This document shows, piece by piece, positions 46,278 to 58,800 of a stretch of 64,000 bases of DNA. Numbering within the stretch: position 1 is the stretch's first letter; each line of letters opens with the position of its first letter. Both the position numbers and the translations under genes were made by a program. Location: assembly GCA_973895155.1 (NCBI GenBank), contig OZ316897.1, positions 9,509,832-9,573,831 of the forward strand. Reading direction: 5' to 3'. The DNA is from Marsupella aquatica (taxonomy: Eukaryota > Plantae > Marchantiophyta). The notes beneath the pieces were generated by a model. The model made no database searches, was not told the DNA's origin, and was given only the letters and a program-made list of their open reading frames with translations.

Positions 46278-48462
46278 CTACGCCGGAACATGGCCATGGA
46301 TGCCAACCTGGGATGCTCTTGCTTTCGCTGCTAAATATATTTGGCTTTTGACAGTCGAGTTACGGAGACGGAAGCCAGGGGTAATCATGAATCCAACTTT
46401 GGGTATGAACCTCTCGTCATCCTCGAACCTTACTACGCTCTCCATGTAGTTCCAGTCGACATTGAGTCCTCGTCGAGCTCTAAATATGTTGGCAGCGGGC
46501 TCAAAAGAATAACACAGCTTGTGCAATGTCCATACTTTCATAGCCGCCGCCGTGAAACTTTTGGAAAGATTGACCTCCGCGAGCGTTGGGAACGATCTCT
46601 CCCCCACGTTGTTATCATCGTAATCGCCAGGTTGAAGCAGGATAGCGTCTGGAACAATTGAATCGAACTTCTGCTCGCAATAGGTCCTGAAATGAGGATC
46701 AGCGCTTGGCGACGACAACGAGGATGATTCCATGCTGCTCGCGCGCTTGAAGTAAGCATAAGACTCCTTTTTGAGCTTGTCCAAGTCGAGATAAAGCGAC
46801 GCGGCATCGGTCATGAAGCTCTCATTCTCGAAGCCTACAAACATCTTTTCAGAGAAGAAAGCCTTCAGAGCGTACGTCCAATGGCTCTCCTTCGCGAGAT
46901 ACACGTTCCGAAAGTTCGGCTTCCAAATTTTGTTTGCAGGTACGTGAAATCGCGCTTCCGAGTAGGCAACGAAGTGAGTGGTGAAGCAATCGAGAGCGGC
47001 CGTGGCCGCTTGAAAGGTGGACTCGAGGAGATTGAGGTACAGGGTCGGGCGACCATCTGGAAAGGACGATGACGAGGACGAGAGCGGACGTTTTCGAGCA
47101 GCCTGATTACAAATATGCCGCTTCACTTTATCAAATTCTACAGTGATTTTCTGTTGGTACCCAACGAGGTCATACACGGTGGCCTGTAAAGCTTCAATCT
47201 CGCGATTCTTCTCCTTCAGCTTCTCTGCACCACTCTGTGCTTCTGTAGCACAAGAGAAAAAGGAAATGCTAACGACTCAATATATAAAGGGTTGAAAAGT
47301 AACCAAGCAAATGTTTAGAGAAATGTCTCGTCATGACCCAGAATTAAGCCAAAACTGCTACCTGTGGGATTGATGGGGACCTCGTCCACCAGCATCGGTA
47401 GGGTTCTCGAGTGATCTGCTTGCGCGTACTCGGTTGATGGGTGGTATCTCTGACTGCACTGCTTCTTAGCCGAAGGGAAGTACGAATCACTCGTTAGCAC
47501 ACTACTGCTGCCCGGACTAATAAAAATGCCACCATTTGGCACGCGTACGTTGCCGCTGACCATTTGGAGGGGCACAGGCTCCTCCGCCAGAGGCAAATGC
47601 TCCTCTTGCTTTTCACATTTGTTTTTAAAATCCGTCTTCAGGGTCGCGATCTCCTTCCGAATTGGCCGTAACATTTCGGCTACGTCGTTGTAAACAGAGG
47701 CCTTGAGATCCTCCAGGGTGTGCATAGCAGTCCAGTCCGAATCGTCTTCCAAATTGTGACACAAACAACACTTGCTTTTCTCGTCGCGGCTGTGCCGCCT
47801 CTGCACAGCCTTCGATGAGTTCATGTACTTGGAGACAGCAGCCAGCAGTGATTTGGACTTTGAGAGAACAGGGGGCGCCGCATCAAGTAAGCCCGAAATT
47901 GGGAGCGCGCTCGAGTGAGGGACAATGCTTCTGCAGCAATTCTCGGAGTAGGTTCTCGCTCCAACTTCTGCACCGCTAGATGTGCAGCGGCAATTGGTGG
48001 TAGATTGCTGCTGTGGAGGTACCTCGGGTGTCCACAGGACTGTTGTCATCATGTCATTCCGGGATTCGCCCTTTGAATTCATGAGTCGGTCCTTGGTGTT
48101 AAGACCGGCACTCACAGGTGGTACAAGCCAGGGAATCTGATATTCGAGACACAACTGCGATCCTATGTCATCGGCAATAATTGTACCTATGTTCATAGTC
48201 ATGGATTAAAGTAAAGCGCAGAGAAGCTTTAGAAGATGAACACAAGCTCGTCATAGTGCGAAGGATCTACCTGATAAGGTTTGGACGCGTCTATAGTCGG
48301 TGCAGTTATGTATTCGTCGTGAAGAAGCTGCTCATACTCGTCAAATTCAAACGGCAGTTGAGGCCCAACAAAAAATTCTGCTCTCTGGTTTTTGTAAGAA
48401 CGAGCAACACGGTCTCGGACACACAATTGAGATGCTGGCAAAGCCAGGACAGGCTTTAGCAT
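46278..48462 (-). CDS. IRK-interacting protein / GIL1 (DUF641)-like protein; last exon 47242-46278, upstream exons less certain
   Basis: The C-terminus F..AAMKVWTLHKLCYSFEPAANIFRARRG...YMESVV...KVGFMITPGFRL..TVKSQIYL resembles the IRKI/GIL1 C-terminal domain. A coiled coil LKEKNREIEALQATV precedes it. A phase-1 GT-AG intron at 47361-47243 joins the two large ORFs. Confidence 0.75.
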
Positions 48463-50099
48463 GTTTAAATAGCTTGGCGTAGGTTTGCGTAGCAGGCCTC
48501 ATGGGGAGTCGCCTTGCATTGGGCTGTGCAAAGACAAGATTAAAATGTCACTGAAGTGAGGGGATGCGATGCATATAGAAATTGAAGTTGACACGAACTG
48601 ACCACACAAACTATGGTTGACTCAGTTCCACAAAGGGCAATGGAGCCTCCAGTTAAGAGAACGTAACGAGGAAGCAGATTGAAGCCTACAGAACTCATGT
48701 CAAGTTTTTCGGATTGGGTTCATGTTTCTTGAAATGAGACCGCAGATTTGAAAGCAGATGTTTCGAAGTGCCTTCAAATATACTGAAACTAGATCGAAGA
48801 AGCGAATAGCCATGGCGCCCAAGTTTCTGAAACATTTCAACTACGGCAAAACAGGCAGATTTCGAAGCACAATTCCTACAAATGAACTTATCAGCTGCTC
48901 TCGTTGGCCACCTAAACCCACTGTATCGGGGAACTAACCGGAGTCAGCAGCTGCGGACCAATGTGACTAAAACCCTGTTTAAACCCTCGTACGAGACAGC
49001 TCATTCCAGAATGTCAAGTAGAAAATCGATACAGCTCATTCCAGAATGTCAAGTAGAAAATCGATACAGCTCGAATTCGGCGATTCCTTGCTAAGTGATT
49101 CATCCAACGTGGCATGGCCAAAGGTTGTAGCCCCCCCAAAATGTTTGTGAGAACAAAGCATAACGTAAGGGACGCTCGAGAAGCGAGACTACCACGACAC
49201 AACCCGTCGATAATTTAGCGACCCCTCCCTCCGACCTCATGACCAATACACAAATTATATCCTTCACATATCACCCGGCTGTAGAGATCGGCCGAGTACG
49301 ACCAAACGGGCAGTTCTCCAGCTGCTCTTGCAATGAAAACTTAATTCACACCATGGCTGCCCAACGACTGTAGAAGATCGACGGCATCCCGTCCCGGGCC
49401 AAACACTTTCCATGTACACTTCATTACGCGGCACAATCCAGACTCCCCTGTAGACAAACAGACTAATCCTTCGTTCACTCATTTGTTCATGAGTGTTCGC
49501 AAAGATTTGCGAAAACATTTCATCGTTATCTTCCGACAAGATCCTCACAAGGACAGCAACAGCTAACCACCAAAAGAACGAATGAATGAACAAAATTGAA
49601 TAAACACTTACAAATCTAGCATTGCAGCATAAGAGAGGACAATCCAGCTTCCAGACCACCTAGCTTCCCGCTACCAAACAGAAGCATGCTTCATTCATTC
49701 ATTCATTCATTCACGTGTATGCATAGCAATGAACAGCATTGACCTTCCGAGTAGACAGACCGCCATGAATGTAGAAGCAGCCAGCCTGCAGAAAATTGAT
49801 CTTTCGAGAATAAAGAGATAGGAGCAGCCAGCCACCAAAGGAAATGAATTGGACTGAATATACACTTAAAACTCATTATTGGTTCAGCACAATCCCGACT
49901 GCGTTCTCATCTCCCCAACAAATTGTAAATGTGGACACCGACAATCACAGTGAAGCTGGGAAAGTACGCAGTAAGACTGACCGGATGGGCCGTGAACAAC
50001 CTCGGTCCATGTACTTCTAACGAAGTAGTCTCAGTAATCTGTCTGATGAGAGCTGAGAGCTCGCTACACGTTCGTCGCTGACAGACAAACAGTCGAGTC

Positions 50100-51450
50100 C
50101 TTCGTTCTCATTCATTCATTCACGAGTGTATCCATAGCCTTCAAAGGACTTCATCGATGTCAGAGAAATTGACCTCCGCGAGGAGAGCACGGGGGAGAGC
50201 AGCAGCAGAGCAGAGCCTTCCACGAGAAAGAATGAATGAATGCATGAAGAGGATTTAATAAATACTCATTAGTGTTCACAGTGCAGACTAACCCTTAGTT
50301 CCTTCATTCATTTACCAGAATATTTCATCTCCGAAGCAATTTATTGATGATCTTCAGAGAATTAAGTCTCCACAAGGAAAGCAGCAGAGCAGAGGCTTCC
50401 ACGAGAAGGAATGACATGGATGCATGAATAAGATTTAATAAGCACTTACCAGTCGTCATAGAGCAGAGGAAATTCTCGTTCATTTATCAGAATATGGTAT
50501 TTCCGAAAATCAATGATCTTCAGAGAAACTGATCCCCAAGAGGACAGCAGCAGCAGAGGTAGAGCTTTCTACGAGAAGGAATGAACGAATGCATGAAGTG
50601 GATCCAATAACCACTTACCAGTCATCACACAGCAGACGAATCCCTCTTTCATTTGTATACCAGAATATTTCATTTCCGAAGCATTTCATCGATGAGCTTC
50701 AAAGAAATTGATCCTACCATCACAGCAGCAAAGCTTTCCACGAGAAGGAATGAGACTGTCGTCACACAGCAGAGGAATCCCTCTGTCATTCATTTTTACC
50801 AGAATATTTCAATTCCGAAGCACTTCATCGATGAGCTTCAAAGAAATTGATCCTACCATCACAGCAACGACGCCTTCCACGAGAAGGAATGACCAAATGC
50901 ATGTGAAGGATTCAATACACACTTACCAATCATCATAGGGCAGACCAATCCCAAGCTCGTTCATTCATTTACCAGAATATTTCATCTCCGACCCATTTCA
51001 TCGATGAGCTTCAAAGAAATTGAATCTACCATCACAACAGCAAAAGCCTCCACGAGAAGGAAATGAATGCATGAAAAGGAATAGTAACCACTCACCAATC
51101 ATCTTAGAGCAGACAAATCCCATGCTTATTCATTCATTCATTTACCAGAATATTTCATCTCCGACGCATTTCATCGATGAGCTTCAAAGAAATCGATCCT
51201 ACCATCACAACAGCAAAGCCTCCACGAGAAGGAATGAATGAAAGAATGAATGCATGAAAACGAATCCATGAAAACGAATAGTAAACACTCACCAAATCAT
51301 CTCAGAGCAGACAAATCCCGTGCTTATTCATCCATTCACCAGAATATTTCATCTCCGAAGCATTCCATCGATGTCTTCGGAGAAATTGAGCGGATCTCTA
51401 CGAGGACAGCAGCCGCAGCAGAGCCTGCCACAGTGCCACGGGAAGGAATG
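50100..51450. repeat. Satellite-like tandem array, ~173-bp unit, ~8 copies
   Basis: ACCAGAATATTTCATCTCCG...TTCATCGATGAGCTTCAAAGAAATTGATCCTACCATCACA...TCCACGAGAAGGAATGAATG recurs at ~50314, 50486, 50659, 50798, 50971, 51144 and 51338. Confidence 0.9.
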
Positions 51451-54400
51451 AAATCAATGAATGAATTGCTGCTGGCACTCGAGGCGTAATGAGCCTAACG
51501 ACATTTCCTTCATTGTACTCTGTACAGCAGTACTCATGGCCGACTGCGGCGATGCGCTGCCCCACGACCGAAATCCGCGCCGTAATTATTTCAATTTTCA
51601 TCAAATGGGATTGTACCTCTTCGATCCTTCCATCTGAGCCGATCATTCCTTCGATGAACGGTACGATCTCAATCGAAGCACACTCTCTCATTACGTACGC
51701 CTAGCCGATTAATTATTCCAATTTTTAGGATATGGGAGTGTACCCTTTAGAATCTTTCGATCCATTCGTCTCAGGTGATATTTATGTATGGGGTGAACGG
51801 GAAATTTTAGACCACTATATAAAGCCCTATTGCCTCATTCACTACACCTCCTCATTCCTGTCCTATGGTGAATAGTCTCTTGCCATAAACAGGTGGAACA
51901 CTTGCTAATAAAAAGGTGTTTCGCTTATCATCTTTTGTGAGCTCAAAGCACGTCCTTGAACTTGTGCATTTTACAATGAGAGCTATGAATAACCTATAGC
52001 CCTTTATAGGGGTAATTGTACTTTAAGATAGGGGGAAATGTTTGACAAGGCACTCCCAAGTCCAAATTCAGGGGGAAGAATATATCCGGAATTGCCTTTA
52101 TGGCACTGGCAGACTCAATTGCCGCAATTCCTGACTATTGGGCTACCGACTTACCATCCACGGGCACAGCCCAGTTAGCTTTCTTCTTTGGTGGTGAAAA
52201 ATCACCATATACAATAGCAAAAGATAGTGCACAGCCCAGTTAGCCTTTTTTCTGGGTGAAAATTCACCAAATACAAGAACACAAGATTTGAGGGGCTTTG
52301 TAGGGAAACCAACTCTCGTGCACCTTCTTTTGAAAGGGAACATGAGTTCCTACAGTTGTTGCACATTCCCTACAACCCAGCTCCTCTAACTTTTGGACTG
52401 CTTCACATTTAATCTCCCTGGTACGTTGCAGCACTCTATTTGTCCCTGCCAGACTATTTTTCAAGTATTTTTCTTGTTTGCCAGGTGAAGGTTATTATTA
52501 CCTGTTGTGATTGTGAAGTAGAAGATTCTAATAATATTAGTTATATGATTTTGACTGGTCAGATCTCCCTAACTTAAGGAGAACCATCAGATTTTGGCAA
52601 ATGGGGTCTGCAACTGGGTGGGAAAGTTGCTAATGGAGACAAAAACCTACTCCATGACGAATGAGAAACAACTTTTAGTGAGGTGGAAGTTGGCAAATTT
52701 CCAGACTTAAACAGTACACTCCCTGCCCTCCTCCAGTAGTGACCCTGCCATGCAGCCAGAAGGTCTATTGCAAGGAACATTTGGCCGGGAAGTTCTAAAA
52801 ATTGTTTGTCATTTGTGGCAAAAACCACAGTTTTTTTCTCTCCATCAGCTACTTTCCCACCTACCCACAGATTGCATTTGCCAAAATCCAATAAGCCCGA
52901 TAAGAGAAGCCCTATAAAGAATGCCACATGTCACACTATAGATGTTCAAAGATGACAGTATGGGATGTTGAAAGATGCAAGGAAAATTTTTAAATTGTTG
53001 TTTGCTAGTTGGACACCTATAATTAAGCCAAATAGTATGGGGTAGAATCTTCTTTATAGGACCCTGACCTAACAAAGTACCCAATAATTATTAGATGTCG
53101 TGGAGGCATGACTAATTCCCATGAATCCTGGATGTGGAGGGCAGCACCCATGGAAATGTTGTTTCCTGAGCATTGATCTCCTTGCATCTATGTGCATGTG
53201 GCCATGTATGGGGGTGGTAGCATCATATGAAAGTCATTTACTGACTTCAATATGACTTTGCTGAATAATGGGAGTGAGTGTCTAAGTGGTCCCGTACTAA
53301 CCCTTGGGGTCTTCACTTATTTTGTCAGTTATGTCATAGGCCTCATGACAGGTTCCAGTTTGTGACCCTCCTATGGTGTTTACTCCTTAGCTCTATCAGG
53401 CTTTTCAATTCTCCGCTCAGTAGGGTGTTAGCCTTCTCGGCTTCGATATAGGTTCCTTGTTTGTGTCATTGTTGCTTTGTTGTTGTGGGGACCCCTTGGC
53501 TTGTTGGACCCTCCGGTTTTCTTGGGGCCTTTTCCCCTCCTTTTGTCTCCCCTCCTTTTGTCTCCCCTTCATTGGGTTGTTTTGCCTGTGGGATCCTGTC
53601 TCAAGGGTCGGCTATTTTGCCTTTTGGCACCGTGATATATATGTTCTGTCACAGATAAAGAAGTAAGACTGCTTGTAAATTTCTGTGAAAAAGCATTAAG
53701 ATTTCTTTGCTCATTATACAGGAACAGATAGGACTTTCAAAACCAGAGCTACATAAAATTCTATTTCTAATCTTTAAGGGTGCTTAGTACCCAAAACTAT
53801 TGTGCGTGATATGAGACTCCCCTCATAGAATGAGCCCCCCCAAAACAACTCTCTAAGACTAATCCACAAACCCACTATCACTGCTCTCCCCACTATATTT
53901 ACCCAAACATATCAAGAGACATGTATGATCCCATCTTACCCACCCCTAACTTCCCTCACAATTGTTGGAGACTTTCCTGAGTAAAACAAGTCTTTATGAA
54001 GTCCAAATGTGACTATGGTAAGAGTACAGAGAAGTTAAAGCACATGGTTCATATACAGACTCCTCAAATAACCCCAACTTTCTGCTCTTTTAACACAAAT
54101 ATTTCATGGATTTGTGAGACCACCAACACATAATAAGCCGTACATGTACAATGCACGTTTGGAGTCTAAGCAACTCTTCCTGTGGAGGGATCTCCATCTT
54201 TTAGACTTTCGATTACCCCTTGCCCTTTCTTCCTTTCAGGCTCTTGCACTCACTTCCATCATTGGACCATTGTACCCTAAAAATTGTTTTCTAGTGCATT
54301 CTTAGAAAGCACAAACTGTTTTTAGATTCAGTTTTTGGTGAATGGTAGATTGAGATCTACTTTTGGGGGCCCGCCCCCCAGGTGAACTAATGATCAGAGT

Positions 54401-55877
54401 AATACTAAAAATTTCACCAAAATACAAGATGCTCATTTTCAGACACTATTATAGTATATGTGAAATGAGTACTACTGGGTACATACGGAAACTCAAAGTT
54501 AAGAATGTTAAATGCCCTGTGCGTTGAGCCTTGTGGGCTTTTTATAGTCACCCTTGGGCTGGCATTTCTGGGGGTTGAGGGAGGAAGTCAGGCCAATTGC
54601 TGCCTTCCTAAAATGCTCATGAATAGTCAGGCTGCCCACAAGGTCCTGAGCTAACCAGTGCAAAAGCCTGAACAAGTTATATGGGGGCTGCCCATGAGTA
54701 CCCTTCTGAGAATACACTCTCAAAGATAGCCAAACCCAGGTATCCAGGTCAGTCTTGGGATTCTGGCTGTTCACTATACATATCCTTCATTAGGCCTTCA
54801 TTCACTATGCCCAAGTGGTTTTAACACACGACACAGGCATCATCAAGAGAGTAAACAAGCCAAGCTACTCGGTTGACACACCCTAATGACATACACAATA
54901 TTACCATTCAGAATCATACTCAAAAAGTTAACAAGTCACTCGGTTCACATACCCAATAGCTCCACTTAGGTTTTTACCCACACTAGAATCCATGAGATGA
55001 GTCAAAACATGCCAGATAACATGAGAAGAGCTCCACTTAGGTTTGTATCCATACTAGTGAGATGAGTCAAGACAAGTCAGATAACACGAGAAGAGGTGGA
55101 GTCCAGTTTCTGCACCGTCCAAAAGCTGCTGCATGCTTTAGAGTGCCTTAGGGCAGAACAAACAGAGCAGGGTTATATGAGAATTTTGCATGGGCTAGGT
55201 CAATAATTGTACCCAGATTGCTCAGTTTACTCCCATAAATGGTATGGATTATGCTTACAAAAGATGGAGATTTTGTCAGAAGCCTACATAAGCTTCCCAT
55301 CAATAGATTACTTGAATCCCATAGAGATATCTTCAATGATGGTCGTTGAACTATAGTACAGTCACTGTCAAACGTAAAAGAAAAGCCATATAGTGTGGAC
55401 CTTCATCCTAACCTAAAGCCGCAGATAGCAATGGAGTCTCCTCTAATGATGTCATTCCTACAAAACTTAAATGTAGGCTGTGTCTAACATAACATATTCA
55501 CTTTGTAACCCAACGCCCTGTGCAAAGTCAGAAACTTGAATTGCCCTTGATTTTCTTCAAACCAGGAGCAAGGAGGTGATTTCCAGCAGGGTATGCTGCA
55601 GAGTGGATGGCATGGAACCTGGTTCACAGGACTCAGACTACTACTGAAGTAAGCACGTAGCAAATCGGGATGGATAAACGTAGCAAGAGAACCCATCACA
55701 CCAGCGAGAAAACTCTTGCATATGGACATGGGTGGTGATTACTTAAATGAGCCAGTGGCTTGGTAGCTAGCCAAAAATCTGTGGCAGAGATAAATTCTAG
55801 ATTTAGTCGTTCATCCAACGGGACAAAATTGTAGTGGGCTGGTTTATGATTGTCTCTTGTATGAAACAGCCCCCGTT

Positions 55878-58800
55878 TTACACCTTTTGTAGCTTCCTTT
55901 GCTTCTTCGGACCTTGGTCTGAAGTTCCTCTCCGCTTCGCAAGCTTTCCTTTGATTTCCATCAGCTTAGAACCAGCGTCCTTGAATGACAGGTTGCCCCT
56001 TGCAGCCAATTGGCCCTGCAATAACAATCAATAGGCTCGATTATATTATTGTGGGCAAATTACTGAACGAGTTTCTTGCGCAGGATCAGTAATAAGAACT
56101 GGCAAGAAAGAAATTTAGATTTGCAACCTTCAAAGCGACGGTCATGTAAAAGAAGATGAAGAAAATACAGACCTGAAGGTGTCCCATGGCAGCCAGATTA
56201 AACCCTAGGGTATCTTTTAGACTCTGCATGGCCAAATATCATGATCAAATCAGCACTGCATGCAAAAGCCGGGATTATTCAGCAAAGATCAACCGAAACT
56301 CTATAGCCACATTCAAGCCTTTCGCGTTACCTGAACACCAAGTTTTAGATCGGAACTTAGTTCTGTTAGTGTTGCACGTGCTGACAGGGTACTGCTCAGT
56401 TGCTGATGATGAATTTGCAGGAGCAGAACCGCAACTCGACAAGCTAACTCCACCTGATGTAAAAGAATTAAAGCGGTCACCAAAATAAGACACTGCAGAC
56501 ATAATAATTTGAGCTTATCCCTCCAAACCATCAACAACTGTCACTGAAAAAACTGTTAGAGAAATTATGAGTCAAGTTATTGCACCTGATTGCCTTGTGT
56601 AATCCAAGTCTTCAACAATCCCATCAATTTGAGTGCATCCATGAACGGTAACATCTGGACATAATGCAGGCAAACATAATCAGGGAAGACTAAGGCACCG
56701 TCTTAAGCACAGGTCCCATCATTCAATCAAGTTGACAATATGTAAAGAGCAACGTAATGATTTGATGGAAATACCAGAAGTGCCTGCTCAAGGTCACTAG
56801 GTCGGACAGAGGAGACTGCTTTGAGAACAAAATCAGTTGGAGACAGCCCAAGTAGAAGAACATTTGGTTTGAAAGCAGCCATTTTTTCGTTGCTCTCCTT
56901 CTCTTTCTACAGACAACAATGCATCGTCAGCTCTGAGACGTTCAGGTAGGCAAAGAGGCTGGAGGATTGACCTGTCTCCCCGCATAACATTTCCAAGCAA
57001 AGAACGAATGAAAAACGGGTACAAAGAAATAGCAACGAGGTAAATGCCAAAAACATCTCAGTTAAACAACTCAATGAGACTCAACCAGTGAAAGGTAATT
57101 GAGCTTCCTTTGATGCAGCATACTCACGTCTAGTAGGACTCAGGACACAAATCGCGGTGAGTGATTCAAAAAGCATTGAGCACAATCACCTTGTGAGCAG
57201 ATACACGAGCAGCTTCGCTCTCCGCCATCTCTAGGGCCTCCATAATCGAATCGACAGCAGATATAGTATCTTGAGTTTTCTTCCCAGCAACGCCCACTTT
57301 TCCTTCATCTGGAACTTCGTCCTTTGATAAATACTGTCCGTCTCTGGAATCGTCTACCCCAGCATCGAACAGTGCTTCCAACCTCTTTTCTCTTTCCTCC
57401 TGCATTATTCCGTGGAATCCCAGTAGGGAGTTTAGCTGAATCTCGTAAAGGACAAAAGAATCTAGAAGGTAAAGCGAAGTTCCCATTCCCACAAGAGATC
57501 TCAACCACGTGAAAGGCCACCATTGTGACTCATTCTAATGGCCACTGAAAAACCTAGGACAATTGGCCACATCTGCAACTAGAGAAAATATAGAGATGTC
57601 TCCTAACCTAAGACCATCGTCATGATTTTCACCCGTGTCCAAACACCTTCGTTCTACTGGAAATCTCGAACACTTATGTACTTCCCTTCACGTTCCATTC
57701 AGACATAATATCTCCACACTAACCTTAGCTGTCCGACTTTATTTCAATCACAAAACTTTCTATCCATTCTAGTCTCAAATTGATTTTCGCCAAATGACAA
57801 ACCAAATCCGAAGCAGACAGTAAAAGCAAACCTCGATGAAAAAGGGTTCTTGGGTGCGATCCCAACGGCGAATAGATCGGTCATGAGAGCCAGTAACTAG
57901 GAAGTCCCCGTGTGTGCTTACAGCCAAACACCACACCTCCGCATGATGTCCTTCCAAAGTGAGCAGCAGCTCAAATGTGTCTGCATTCCAATACTTGACA
58001 CAGCGGTCTTTTCCCACACTGAAAACATAGTGTGTATTGGGTACAAACTGAACTGCCATGACACTGCCAATCACAATTGCATGTCTCAGTCAAGGATGAC
58101 CACCAGCTCAACTTAAGGTACTCGCTCCAGTCACCTGTACCTTGCCAGCTTTGGCCATGAAACGACACCTGAAGGACTTATCATCGCAATCAGAACAAGA
58201 TTGACACTGTGATCTTGTGATGTTTGCCCTACTACTCGATAATAGCAAGAAGCAGCATATGGCTCATGTTTCGAAATGGTTTGTACTCTCAATCCAATAA
58301 TGAGAAGAAGCTTTGGATGTAAGGTGCGATTGGCGCAAACCTGTCTGCGTGGGCAAACAGGGACTTATGACAGTCCCCAAAGTCCATTCCCCAGATCTTC
58401 ATATTCTTATCCGCAGAACCAGTAGCTAGAAGAGCTCCATCTGATGATATATCCATACCCAGAACTGGTAGTTTGTGTCCATACAAAGAGAGGAAGAACT
58501 TCAAAGAATCCACAAAGAAAACCTGGCCCACGCATCCCCACAAACATTTTGGTGATACTCGGAGATCGTAAAACACTCACTTCAAAACAATTTGATGTAA
58601 CCTGTCGGGTCACATTCTATACATGTGTTAAATGTGGACCAAAACCCGACGGCTTAATGGTTACTATAAACAAAAATCTTATCGTCACCGGAGAATACTG
58701 CCAGCTCGATTACAAGTACTCCTGACAGGGGCAGCTAACGCATGGATCTACCAGTCATAATAACCAAAACCAGAACAGTGCATGAAATTATGCCTAAACA

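Noticed and set aside
52100-55750. Fragmentary ORFs and possible LINE 3' remnants
   Set aside because: Too degenerate to assign by eye; no RT or endonuclease motif seen.
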